Source of the DNA: Candidatus Electrothrix yaqonensis
GTDB taxonomy: Bacteria > Desulfobacterota > Desulfobulbia > Desulfobulbales > Desulfobulbaceae
Direction of reading: 5' to 3'
Assembly: GCA_047651235.1 (NCBI GenBank)
Contig: CP178758.1
Span: 1,110,001 to 1,142,000 of the forward strand
DNA: 32,000 nucleotides
Shown here piece after piece: positions 17,947-26,770 of the stretch; the stretch's first letter is position 1, and every line of letters begins with the position of its first letter. The notes beneath the pieces were generated by a model. That model made no database searches. It had not been told where the DNA came from and saw only the letters and a list, made by a program, of their open reading frames with translations. Position numbers and translations under genes: made by a program.

Positions 17947-18300
17947 TTATCGCTGTTTACGAAATTTTCTGCCCGTTTTTTTCACCCAACTGTAACGGAT
18001 AGTATCCGTTTTGAGCAGATATCCCCGCAATTCCTGCAGCTTGGGCTTATCAGCCCGCCTGAAAATATTCCGCAGATCATCATCTACGTCCTTTTCAGTA
18101 TAACTTTGCTCGACTGCTTTATATGTACCGCACCGAGCAAAGTGCAAGGACGAAAATTCTGCGGAGTCAGTAGATGTGCCTGCTTTCCAAGACTAAGTGC
18201 TTCGTCCCATTTCCCTAAATCCCGCTTCACTCCGCCGTATGTTGTGTAAAGTGCGGACTTAAGCTTGATATTTCTTAAACGATTTAATTCAATGTATAGC
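17947..18300 (-). pseudogene. Start-less, frameshifted gene fragment (TPR-like sequence)
   Basis: Two overlapping reverse-strand frames have no plausible start. Frame 1 (about 18300-18084) reads ...LKSALYTTYGGVKRDLGKWDEALSLGKQAHLLTPQNFRPCTLLGAVHIKQSSKVILKRT*. Its spacing is TPR-like: G.WDEAL.....A..L.P.N......LG. Frame 2 (18193-17947) continues ...GTYKAVEQSYTEKDVDDDLRNIFRRADKPKLQELRGYLLKTDTIRYSWVKKTGRKFRKQR*. The fragment begins exactly at the left arm of the 18294 hairpin. Confidence 0.3.
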
Positions 18301-18402
18301 TGGAGCAGTATAAACTGAATACAGGATCAGCTATCTGAAAGGCGTGAAGGCAAAACTTATGCCTCTTGTGGGCATATTCAAATTATGTTGCTCCAGCTAT
18401 AC
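18294..18402. repeat. 109-nt stem-loop element closed by a 14-bp perfect inverted repeat
   Basis: GTATAGCTGGAGCA (18294-18307) pairs with TGCTCCAGCTATAC (18389-18402). The stem extends inward by 2 G-U and 4 A-T pairs. There is an internal hairpin TATGCC-tcttgtg-GGCATA. Confidence 0.6.
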
Positions 18403-18616
18403 TACCGGGCTAAAGCCGGTAGATTGCTTTGCGCGTAAACGCATTTTAAGGCTGAAACCATCTGAACTGACCGGATAAATCCGACTGAAGTTCAGAGTTT
18501 CAGGGCTTCGGATCGGATTCATCCCAAATCTTAAAAGATTCAGGGGGGGTCATGTGATATAACCGATATTACTATATATATCATACAGTCCATAGGCGAA
18601 CCCGCCGTGTGATTTT

Positions 18617-18916
18617 TCAGCACCGCGAAAAATGCGTCGTCAAGACACCGACGGCGGTCGAGAGGACGGATTTACGTCCCCCGCCCGGTTTGCGAATTCG
18701 TTCTTCTTTTTCAGGCAGAGGCTGTTTCAGCTCATTCATCCCGCGACGGACCCGGTCAGAATCACACCGCAACACGTCGCATATATACGTTATGCCGCCG
18801 TATCCGAACTTTCCCGCTTCAACTGCGGCGTATCGACGGCGGTCTTTTTCAGACAGGCTGCCGTAAAAATTACGCATTCGCATTTCTATCTCAGGAGAAT
18901 ATGTCTTTATCTTCAT
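18617..18916 (-). mobile_element. ISAzo13-family transposase, N-terminal stub (truncated, non-functional)
   Basis: The 99-aa ORF ...LSEKDRRRYAAVEAGKFGYGGITYICDVLRCDSDRVRRGMNELKQPLPEKEERIRKPGGGRKS matches the N-terminal HTH region and the PGGGRK motif of ISAzo13 (DDE_Tnp_ISAZ013) transposases. The reading frame ends about 15 codons later and no DDE domain follows. Confidence 0.5.
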
Positions 18917-19173
18917 AACCGGATGAGAATAAACGCAACTATGAAATTGTCAATGACCTGTCAGCAAGTTCCGTTGTTATTAAATTTTCATTCCTATGGT
19001 AAGATAATAAATATACAGGTCTGCTGTCGGCAGTTATGACTACCGACAAGTATAATACTTTCAGGTTACCACCTCTACCTGACAAAATGAACTTTTTTCT
19101 CGGATTCCATGAAACAAGCTGAAAGAATACGCCGAATACAGTACAAAGAGGCGATGATAATGCAAGCCGTTCA

Positions 19174-20049
19174 ATGTTCCATTCCTGTATCAGTTCCTGT
19201 CTCATGAAGCCTGAATCGCCCGCCGGTACCCTGTACATTGTTGCCACGCCCATCGGCAATCTTGCCGACAGCAGCCGACGTATGCAGGAGGTACTCGCTA
19301 CCGTGGATATCATTGCCTGCGAAGATACCAGGCATACCGGCAGACTGCTTACGCATCTGGGCATCAGGGCTGATCTGACCAGCTATCATCGGGATAACGA
19401 GCAGAAGAAGACGGAGGTGCTGCTGAAAAAACTCTGTTCCGGTCTGGATATCGCCCTGGTGTCTGACGCAGGGACGCCCGGCCTGTCTGATCCGGGTGCG
19501 GTTCTGGTCCGGGCAGCGCGGCAGGTCGGAGTTACTGTTCTTCCCATACCGGGACCTTCAGCCCTGGCAGCAGCACTTTCTGTTTCCGGTATGGAAGGCT
19601 CCGGGTTTTATTTCGGCGGGTTTCCGTCCGCCAAAAGGAAAGAACGGTGCAGGCAGTTCAAAGCGCTCAGGGGATTTACCTGTCCGCTTGTCTTTTATGA
19701 GGCCCCTCATCGAATTCATGCGACCCTGAAGGACTGTCTGGAGGTGTTCGGGGACCGGCAGGCGCAGCTCTTCCGGGAGCTGACCAAGCTCCATGAAGAA
19801 CATTTATTCGGAATGCTTTCAGAGCTTGCAGCGCGGACGGTTGGCAGAGTCCGCGGAGAACTGGTCCTGATTATCAGCGGACAGCCGGAAGAGGAGGGAC
19901 GGCCGGAGAACATCGACGAGCTGATTCTCTGGTACCGGGATAAGGGCGGAACGTCGCTCAAAGATGCGGTACGGCTTATTGCGCGGGATCTGGGGGTTTC
20001 CCGATCCAAAGTCTATCGGGAAGCCCTGACGCTGTGGCATACTGAATGA
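19174..20049 (+). CDS. rsmI: 16S rRNA (cytidine1402-2'-O)-methyltransferase
   Basis: GTLYIVATPIGNLADSSRRMQEVLATVDIIACEDTRHTGRLLTHLGI, ALVSDAGTPGLSDPG and PIPGPSALAAALSVSG are RsmI/tetrapyrrole-methylase-fold signatures. The start may instead be the ATG at 19204 (MKPESPAGTLYIV). Confidence 0.9.
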   Translation: MFHSCISSCLMKPESPAGTLYIVATPIGNLADSSRRMQEVLATVDIIACEDTRHTGRLLTHLGIRADLTSYHRDNEQKKTEVLLKKLCSGLDIALVSDAGTPGLSDPGAVLVRAARQVGVTVLPIPGPSALAAALSVSGMEGSGFYFGGFPSAKRKERCRQFKALRGFTCPLVFYEAPHRIHATLKDCLEVFGDRQAQLFRELTKLHEEHLFGMLSELAARTVGRVRGELVLIISGQPEEEGRPENIDELILWYRDKGGTSLKDAVRLIARDLGVSRSKVYREALTLWHTE

Positions 20050-20077
20050 CAAACGGAGAGGTTCGGGGCACGATCTC

Positions 20078-22630
20078 TCAAGAAAAAAACGTCTTTCCTG
20101 CGCTTTTTCCGCCCCCCCTGAAGGCCCGGAAAAATTCCACAAACTCCTCCGGAGAAAGCGGTTTGGCATAATAATATCCCTGTGCTTCATGACATCCTGC
20201 ATTCCGGAGAAAGGCCAGCTGTTCTTTTGTCTCCACCCCTTCTGCAGTGAGTGCAAGGTGAAATGTCCTGGCCAGGGCGATGATGGCGTGAATAATTGCC
20301 CGGCTCTCTTCAGAACCCGGCAGATCATCAACAAAAGATTTATCAATTTTCAGCCGGGTCACCGGAAATTTCTGCAGATAACTCATCGAGGAGTACCCGG
20401 TGCCGAAATCATCGATGGCCAGCTCAATCCCCATTTCCCGCAGGCGTGTCAAAGTGCGGAGTGCTTTGTCCTCATCTGTGGCCAGAGAACTTTCTGTCAG
20501 CTCCAGCTCGATCTGCTGCGGCAGCATCCCGGTATGCCGGATGGCCTGCTGGACAGTGGCCGTCATATCGCTGTGCAGCAGCTGCACGCTGGACACGTTG
20601 ATGCTCACTTTGCTCATCCGGCAGCCATTTTCCCTGAAATGCAGAAAATCCCGCATGGCCTGCTCAAGAATCCATGCACCTAAGGGGATAATGAGTCTGG
20701 TCTCTTCAGCCAGAGCAATAAACTGATCCGGCCGCATGAACCCGAGTTCCGGGCTCTGCCAGCGCACCAGAGCCTCCATCCCCTCAATCCTGCCGGTGAG
20801 CAGCGAGATTTTCGGCTGATACAACAGATGAAATTCATCAGAATGCACCAGCGCTTTCTTCAGGGCATTGGTATGCTCCATACGCTGCCGTACGTACAGG
20901 GCCAGATCAGCGGAAAAAAAGCTGTAGCCGTTACGGCCTGTTTCTTTAACCTGATACATAGCCATGTCGGCATGTTTGATCAGGGTTACCGTATCCCTGC
21001 CGTCATCCGGATACAGGGCAATACCGATGCTGGCGGTTGTGCTCAACTCGTGCTCTTCACAGAGAAAAGGTTCTGTAAATTCAGCAAGAAGCTTTTCAGC
21101 TGTCTGTATAACCTCTTTTCTGCTCTGCACATCCTGCATGAACAGGGTGAATTCATCCCCCCCGAGCCGCGCCAGAATAATGAAAGAAGGAACTGCAGCA
21201 GCCAGGCGTAAAGATATTTCGACCAGAAGCCGGTCGCCCATATCATGCCCCAAGGTGTCATTGACCTGTTTGAATTCATCAAGATCCAGAAACAGAACAG
21301 CCAACCGTGTTCCCGCGCTTTCAGCTTCCTTCACCGCTTCCTGCAGACGGACATTGAACAAGCGGCGGTTCGGCAGATCTGTCAGAGGATCGTGATGCGA
21401 GAGGTATTCAAGTTCTCTCTGCGAGGCTAACAGGGCCTTTTCCCGGTCCTGGACAGTACAGGACAGATGATTGATATTTCTTGATATTGTTTCTAGCTCA
21501 TCCCCAGTCTGCACCAGACTGCACTGGGCGTAATCCTGCTGTTCAATGGTCCTGATCTGCTGCATCAGCAGTTCAAGCGGATTGATCAAGGTTCTGGAGA
21601 AAACAGCACGCAGCAGGACAAGAACCAGCACCGCAACAAGAACGAGCAGAGCAAAGAAGTGCTGTCTGTTTCGGGCCAGAGTGGACAGCAGCTTTTCTTT
21701 GTTCAGCACAACATGATAAAAAAAGTCACTGTCCAGTGTCGTCATTTTCGCCGCACTGAAGTAGGCCCGCTTTCCCTCGATAACGGATATTTTTTTTGTC
21801 CGATTGATATCAGACAATGTCGGGACATCACCTGCCTTTTCCTGTTCAGTTCTGGACCGGACAATAAGATCCAGATCATTGGAGAGTTCTCTGAAGTACG
21901 CATCATCAAAGAGATGCGACATTTCAATGTGCATCACCATTGCATGCTTCAACGAATCAAAGAAACTCAGGTGGGAGGTGATGAGGAACTGGCCGTTCCG
22001 TATATGATAGGTTACCGTGCCCTGTTCAGCAGTACTGTCTGAATAATATGCGCGATGATGAAAATCCACAGGCAGGGTTTTCGGAAAGGGATGCCTGCTG
22101 TACTGTTCCTCATTCTCACGACGGCTGCACAGTACCTTACTGCCGTTTTCATAGGAGACGAAATGCAGATAATATGCGCCGTCTGGCCGCTGTTCAACAA
22201 AAGCAATCAGATCCTCATCCTGATCAAACAGGACAATATAATGATTCAATGAGAGCTTGACCCGGTTCAGCAACTGCCGTGCAAGAAGTTTTTTTTCCTC
22301 ATCCAGCAGGATAGCGTTATATTTTTCCGTCTCCTGATAGTTGTTGATCAGATTGACTGAGGCGAGAAAAGAATCATCTGTCCGGACAAAGGAAATTCCC
22401 TCCTGCAGTTCCTGGGACACGGCCGCCAGATCGGATTCCAGCTGCTGAAATCCGTACAGCATCCGTTTATCAGCATCTTCACGGAAGTTATTTTTCAGGA
22501 AATAGTCAAAATACACTCCGAGCAGACCGACTGAGACCAGAACGCCGAAGGTGATAAGCAGCGAAAGTTTACCGGCCAGACCGACACCATCTGCCCGGTT
22601 AAAAGATTGGCGACACCTGATCAACATCAT
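20078..22630 (-). CDS. Membrane sensor diguanylate cyclase/phosphodiesterase (periplasmic domain-HAMP-GGDEF-EAL)
   Basis: 850 aa. TM1 is LSLLITFGVLVSVGLLGVYF. A ~280-aa extracytoplasmic region follows, then TM2 FFALLVLVAVLVLVLL. GGDEF domain: DPLTDLPNRR...ARLGGDEFTLF. EAL domain: EALVRW, ELTES, DDFGTGYSS, KIDKSF, EGVET, QGYYYAKP. All key EAL motifs are present. Confidence 0.9.
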   Translation of the reverse strand: MMLIRCRQSFNRADGVGLAGKLSLLITFGVLVSVGLLGVYFDYFLKNNFREDADKRMLYGFQQLESDLAAVSQELQEGISFVRTDDSFLASVNLINNYQETEKYNAILLDEEKKLLARQLLNRVKLSLNHYIVLFDQDEDLIAFVEQRPDGAYYLHFVSYENGSKVLCSRRENEEQYSRHPFPKTLPVDFHHRAYYSDSTAEQGTVTYHIRNGQFLITSHLSFFDSLKHAMVMHIEMSHLFDDAYFRELSNDLDLIVRSRTEQEKAGDVPTLSDINRTKKISVIEGKRAYFSAAKMTTLDSDFFYHVVLNKEKLLSTLARNRQHFFALLVLVAVLVLVLLRAVFSRTLINPLELLMQQIRTIEQQDYAQCSLVQTGDELETISRNINHLSCTVQDREKALLASQRELEYLSHHDPLTDLPNRRLFNVRLQEAVKEAESAGTRLAVLFLDLDEFKQVNDTLGHDMGDRLLVEISLRLAAAVPSFIILARLGGDEFTLFMQDVQSRKEVIQTAEKLLAEFTEPFLCEEHELSTTASIGIALYPDDGRDTVTLIKHADMAMYQVKETGRNGYSFFSADLALYVRQRMEHTNALKKALVHSDEFHLLYQPKISLLTGRIEGMEALVRWQSPELGFMRPDQFIALAEETRLIIPLGAWILEQAMRDFLHFRENGCRMSKVSINVSSVQLLHSDMTATVQQAIRHTGMLPQQIELELTESSLATDEDKALRTLTRLREMGIELAIDDFGTGYSSMSYLQKFPVTRLKIDKSFVDDLPGSEESRAIIHAIIALARTFHLALTAEGVETKEQLAFLRNAGCHEAQGYYYAKPLSPEEFVEFFRAFRGGGKSAGKTFFS

Positions 22631-23567
22631 CTTTTGTCACTAACCTGACAGGCAGAGAAATATGTTTGGGCACCTCTTCTCCGTTGAGGATTTTCAGGGC
22701 GACCTCAACAGTTTTTCTTCCGCCGAGAGGAAAAAGGATGGAGGCAGTCTGGGTACCGTTCCGGATGGCCTCCTGTGCTTCAGAGGTATAATCGCATCCT
22801 GTCATAAAGATCTTCGATGGATCAAGCCCATGCCGAGTCATGGCGGAACGCACTCCGCTCAGCATGCTGTCGCTCTGGGAAAAAACAGCATCAAACTGAA
22901 TGCCCAGGGTAAGCAGTTTTTCCATTATAAATATCGTATCCTTACGCAGATAATTCCCGGTCCGTCTGATCATTTTGATATCAGGATACTTACTGATAAC
23001 ATCAAGAAATGCCCTGGTGCGCAGTCTGGTCACATCCGCCTTGGGCAACCCTTCGAGCAGAAGCACTGTGCCTCTACCGTTGATCAGTCCCGCAGTATAC
23101 TCAGCTCCGATTGCCCCGATCCGGAGATTATCTGAATTGATAAAGCAGGTGTATTTTTCTCCGCTGATTCCCCGGTCCAGAATAATAACTGGGATTCCCA
23201 GGTCATATGCTTTTGTGACAACCGGAACAACAGCATCCGGGTCATTGGTGCCCAGGATCAGCAGATCAACTTGGTCGGCAATAAATTGTTCTATATGCCA
23301 GATCAGCAGGGACGTCTGCCCTTTAGCGTCTGAATAAACAAATTTGATTCCCGCATGTTCGGCAAGCGCATCGCGCACTTCAACAATCTGGGCTCGGCGA
23401 AAATCGTTAGCCAAGGTATCCTGGGCAAAGGCGATAACCTTTTCTTTTTTTTCTTGTTCTTCACCGGCCTGCAGACTGCCCGCTGCTGTGCAGCAGAGCA
23501 GGAACACAAAAACAAACTGTACGGTACAACGGAACATACTTCTTGCCTGATCCTTCCTGAAAAACAC
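22599..23567 (-). CDS. Periplasmic sugar-binding-type (PBP type I, RbsB-like) protein
   Basis: 322 aa. Signal-like FVFVFLLCCTAAGSLQA. DLLILGTNDPDAVVPVVTKAYDLGIPVIILDR and NSDNLRIGAIGAEY are typical Peripla_BP_4 motifs. Its 3' end overlaps the start of the GGDEF-EAL gene by 32 nt. The start may be the internal ATG at 23537. Confidence 0.8.
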   Translation of the reverse strand: MFFRKDQARSMFRCTVQFVFVFLLCCTAAGSLQAGEEQEKKEKVIAFAQDTLANDFRRAQIVEVRDALAEHAGIKFVYSDAKGQTSLLIWHIEQFIADQVDLLILGTNDPDAVVPVVTKAYDLGIPVIILDRGISGEKYTCFINSDNLRIGAIGAEYTAGLINGRGTVLLLEGLPKADVTRLRTRAFLDVISKYPDIKMIRRTGNYLRKDTIFIMEKLLTLGIQFDAVFSQSDSMLSGVRSAMTRHGLDPSKIFMTGCDYTSEAQEAIRNGTQTASILFPLGGRKTVEVALKILNGEEVPKHISLPVRLVTKDDVDQVSPIF

Positions 23568-23695
23568 AAAACAGCATCAACAAATGTGCTGTGCCGAATC
23601 CGGCAGCGGACCGGGTAAATCTGTTGTGTCCACCGATCCGCTGCCAAGGCTCCCATATTTCTATGGTATGCACTCTGCGGCAAAGAAGCAAGGCA

Positions 23696-25195
23696 TCAGC
23701 TCTCTGCTGCAGATTCTTCCGCGTACAAATACCCGATATCCTGAAGCCGTTCCGTCACCCGCTCTCTGCCCAGGGCAATCAGAATATCAAACATGCCCGG
23801 CCCGGCCAGCTGACCGGTGAGCACGGTTCGCATCCCGTTGATCAGGATACCCGGTTTGATGTCCAGCTCGGTCGCCAGTTCGCGGGCAGCTGCCTCGGTG
23901 GTTTCTTTACTGAACTCCTCCAGGGCGGCAAAGCGTTCCGACAGCATGGGCAGCCAAGTTTTCAGGTCAGGATGCTTGAGGATATTTTTTTTCAGGGGCT
24001 TTTCCTCCACCGCATAATCATCGGCAAAATAGGCGCGGCCAAGGGTGGCGAAATCGCGGATGGTATGAAAACGGTCCCGGATCAGATCCAGGGTGGACAG
24101 GAACCAGTCCTTTTTTTCACCTGCATACGCCTCATCCCAGATGCCCTGTTCAAGAAAATTCTGCCTGACCAGTTCAGCCAGCTCTTCGATTTCCATTGAA
24201 CGCAGGTACTGCTCATTGATGGCAATCAGTTTGGGATCAGTAAAAAATTTTGGATCACCCTTGCGGTGGTTGAATACCGAATTGACCTTGCTGATCCGCT
24301 CTAGGGTAAAGGCGTCAATCAGTTCTTCCCGACTGAAAATTTCCTGAGCCGTGCCCGGATTCCAGCCTAACAGGGCCAGAAAGTTACACAAGGCCCAAGG
24401 AATAAAACCCTTTTCCCGGTAGAACTGCACAGAGACAAGCTCGCCGTGGCTGCGCTTGGAGATCTTGCGTTTCTGCAGATCCAGGGTCAGCGGCATGTGG
24501 GCGAACACGGGCAGAGGCGCATCCAGAGCCTGATAGAGCAGCACTTGCCGGGTGGTGTTGCTCATGTGGTCCTGGCCGCGAATGATGTGGGTGATCCGGT
24601 CACGGATGTCATCCACCACATTGCAGAGCAGATAAAGGGGCTTGCCGTTGGACCGGACAATAACGAAATCCTCAATATCATCATAGGCCCGTTCAATAGT
24701 GCCCAAGACTTTGTCCTCATAGGCCAATTTGCCTTCTTTCTGCGGCACCCTGAAGCGGATGACAAAGGGCAGACCGGCAGCCTCTTTTTCTGCAACCTGT
24801 TCCGGCGTGAGGTCGCGACAGGTACCGTCATAGCCGAACTCCTTTTTTTCGGCCCTGGCAGCTTCCCGCTTCTGCTCCAGCTCTTCCTTGGTGCAGAAGC
24901 ATTTATAGGCATGCCCGGACTCCAGCAGCTGGTCTGCTGCCTGCCGGTGTTCTTCAGCAAACCGGGTCTGAAAATACGGGCCTTCGTCCCAGTCCAGCCC
25001 CAACCATTGCAGGCCGTCCAGAATGCCTTCGATGGATTCCTGAGTGGAACGCTCGGCATCGGTATCTTCAATGCGCAGCACTAATTTGCCGTTATTTTTT
25101 TTCGCCCAGAGCCAGTTGAGCAGGGCCGTGCGGGCACTGCCGATGTGGAGGTAGCCGGTGGGGCTGGGGGGAAAGCGGACACGAACTTCGGTCAT
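23696..25195 (-). CDS. gltX: Glutamate--tRNA ligase
   Basis: VRVRFPPSPTGYLHIGSARTALLNWLWA (HIGH motif) and KISKRS (KMSKS variant). The overall class I GluRS layout spans 499 aa. Confidence 0.95.
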   Translation of the reverse strand: MTEVRVRFPPSPTGYLHIGSARTALLNWLWAKKNNGKLVLRIEDTDAERSTQESIEGILDGLQWLGLDWDEGPYFQTRFAEEHRQAADQLLESGHAYKCFCTKEELEQKREAARAEKKEFGYDGTCRDLTPEQVAEKEAAGLPFVIRFRVPQKEGKLAYEDKVLGTIERAYDDIEDFVIVRSNGKPLYLLCNVVDDIRDRITHIIRGQDHMSNTTRQVLLYQALDAPLPVFAHMPLTLDLQKRKISKRSHGELVSVQFYREKGFIPWALCNFLALLGWNPGTAQEIFSREELIDAFTLERISKVNSVFNHRKGDPKFFTDPKLIAINEQYLRSMEIEELAELVRQNFLEQGIWDEAYAGEKKDWFLSTLDLIRDRFHTIRDFATLGRAYFADDYAVEEKPLKKNILKHPDLKTWLPMLSERFAALEEFSKETTEAAARELATELDIKPGILINGMRTVLTGQLAGPGMFDILIALGRERVTERLQDIGYLYAEESAAES

Positions 25196-25360
25196 TGTTG
25201 TTCTTCCTTATTTTGCTTTTGAATGGTCATTAGAGGGCACAGCATGCAGGGCAGTGCTTCCTTAGAAGCATGTTTTTCAAACAGCTTCTTACAGCAGAAT
25301 CAATCTGTTCCGTGCCGGAATCATCGCCTCTCTGTCACATTGCATTCACATCATTCACGT

Positions 25361-25954
25361 TCAGGAGTGCTCTGCGTGCAGCCCTTTAGCCCCTTTGCGG
25401 TCATAGAGGATGAAAAATACAAGCAGGCTTATGAACAGGGTGATATGGGTGAGCAGGAGAACTGCTGATGTCATCATAGAGGTGAACAATATCGTGCTTC
25501 TGAGTCTGAGGTCTTTGGCCGTAAAAAAATTCTTTTTATACTCTTCTTTGTCCGATTCACTTGGCGAATACAGGGTGCGGGATCCAATATCGTTTTTATA
25601 CGACAGAATGATGCCGTGTTGCCGGTAGATAAGCTGCGCTGCGAGCCTGCGCTTGCCTCCACTGGCTGCTGTCTCTACATGTTGAGCCAGTCTCGGCTGT
25701 ATCCCCTTGTTCACTTCTTTGACCAAGGCTTGGTGTGCAACGTACTCTCCCCGCACAACAACCAGCAGGGCTAACACATTAAAGCAGAGTATGCCGACAA
25801 AGAACAGGGCGAATTTTTTTTCCCCCGTCGTTGCCAACTGCCAGAAACTGACAGGGAGCAAAACAGATAAAATGACCGCTGTCGGCAATTGAATCGTAAA
25901 TCGTATCCTGCCTGAAGGCCTCGGGCAGGAACCAGGAGCCGAGCAGGAAAGCAC
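25361..25954 (-). CDS. Integral membrane protein, 5' end uncertain (possible frameshift with the 25779-25991 frame)
   Basis: The 197-aa frame has hydrophobic helices (AVILSVLLPVSFWQLA, FALFFVGILCFNVLALLVVV, AVLLLTHITLFISLLVFFILY). Its track start is a GTG with an implausible N-terminus. A better start (AAGGAAA RBS + ATG at 25991, MKRLPVITILLWSAFLLGSWFL) lies in the +1 frame. Confidence 0.5.
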   Translation of the reverse strand: MLSCSAPGSCPRPSGRIRFTIQLPTAVILSVLLPVSFWQLATTGEKKFALFFVGILCFNVLALLVVVRGEYVAHQALVKEVNKGIQPRLAQHVETAASGGKRRLAAQLIYRQHGIILSYKNDIGSRTLYSPSESDKEEYKKNFFTAKDLRLRSTILFTSMMTSAVLLLTHITLFISLLVFFILYDRKGAKGLHAEHS

Positions 25955-26669
25955 TCCAGAGCAGGATTGTTATTACTGGCAGCCTCTTCATATTATTCTG
26001 TTTCCTTTCGATTTGGTTTTGAGTCGATATACTTGTTGATTCGCCTGGTCGCTCTTAATTCCACTGTTTCACACTCCAGCCGGATACCGGTCTGCAGGCG
26101 TCCGACGATCCTGCAGCCGTCATGTATAATCCCTAGCAGGCTGGGGATCAACACCGGGAGGAGAAGCTGTCTGTATGACCAGGTTGTTCAGTGCACTGTG
26201 CTACCCATATTGTTTCGTATCCTCTCTGTCAACAACCCGTTGGCCGGAGTTCTGTCATTTTGCTATAGTGCTTTGTAAAGCCTAAAATTTAGGGTTGAAC
26301 ATGTCGCACTCGTTTAATATTCGTATCTTATTTGGAGATAGCAATCCTAAAATTTAGCTATGACTGAGCAATAGGTTCTGGACTATAGCGTTGAGGGAGA
26401 CTTCTGCTGTATTCTCCAGGGAAGGCGCATTTCTCTCTTTACGATCAGCGGGCATTTACACGGTCAGACATACCATCAGTCGGGGCTTGACTGATCTCCA
26501 GTCGCGGGTAGTCCAGAGCCGGGACTGAAGGCGGCCTCAGCCCTGTCTTCCTTATTCAGAGTCGGGATGATGACAGAATCAAGGCAGGTCCGGCCTGTTC
26601 AAGGGGGTAACCGAACCGAGCCTGCGGAGCTGCCGCGTCCGCCTATGATGCTTTCAGAGAAAATAAACA

Positions 26670-26770
26670 ACTGATGTTACGCAGCCGAAACGCAAAATCG
26701 GCAGAGTCTACGCTTTGGGTGTCTCGTAACTTACTGATCTTTTATTTGCGTTTGCGTGCGTAACATCAGT
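26670..26770 (-). terminator. Long imperfect hairpin with a U-tract on the reverse strand (possible terminator or sRNA 3' end)
   Basis: ACTGATGTTACGCA (26670-26683) pairs with TGCGTAACATCAGT (26757-26770), a 14-bp perfect match. An inner helix pairs AAACGCAAA (26688-26696) with TTTGCGTTT (26745-26753). On the reverse strand the hairpin is followed by TGTTTATTTTCT. Confidence 0.35.

Noticed and set aside
18251-18260. GTGCG at 18251 as a possible group II intron 5' end.
   Set aside because: No domain V-like hairpin, no intron-encoded RT/maturase and no plausible 3' AY boundary lie within a reasonable distance. The pentamer alone is expected by chance.
18294-18402. Retron msr/msd-like ncRNA (flanking inverted repeats), or a tRNA-like stem-loop at TATGCC-tcttgtg-GGCATA.
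   Set aside because: No reverse transcriptase ORF lies on either side, and the 82-nt interior is short for msr+msd. The 7-nt loop lacks U33, and there is no T-arm (GTTCGAATC-like) or acceptor stem, so it is not a tRNA.
24446-25084. 212-aa + strand ORF antisense to gltX. Similar antisense ORFs lie opposite serC (28175-28789), dsbD (30181-30717), the GGDEF-EAL gene (20189-22260, several) and the PBP gene (22662-23337).
   Set aside because: Each overlaps a confidently identified gene on the other strand, and none carries a recognisable motif or ribosome-binding site.
26400-26660. GC-rich structured segment considered as tmRNA, RNase P RNA, SRP RNA or a cobalamin riboswitch.
   Set aside because: The diagnostic strings are missing on either strand. 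None of these is present: GGAAAGTCCGG/ACAGAACCCGGCTTA (RNase P), a T-arm plus CCA-proximal GGTTCGA (tmRNA), AGGTCCGGAAGGAAGCAGC (SRP), or a B12 box. It is kept only as an unexplained tract in the findings.
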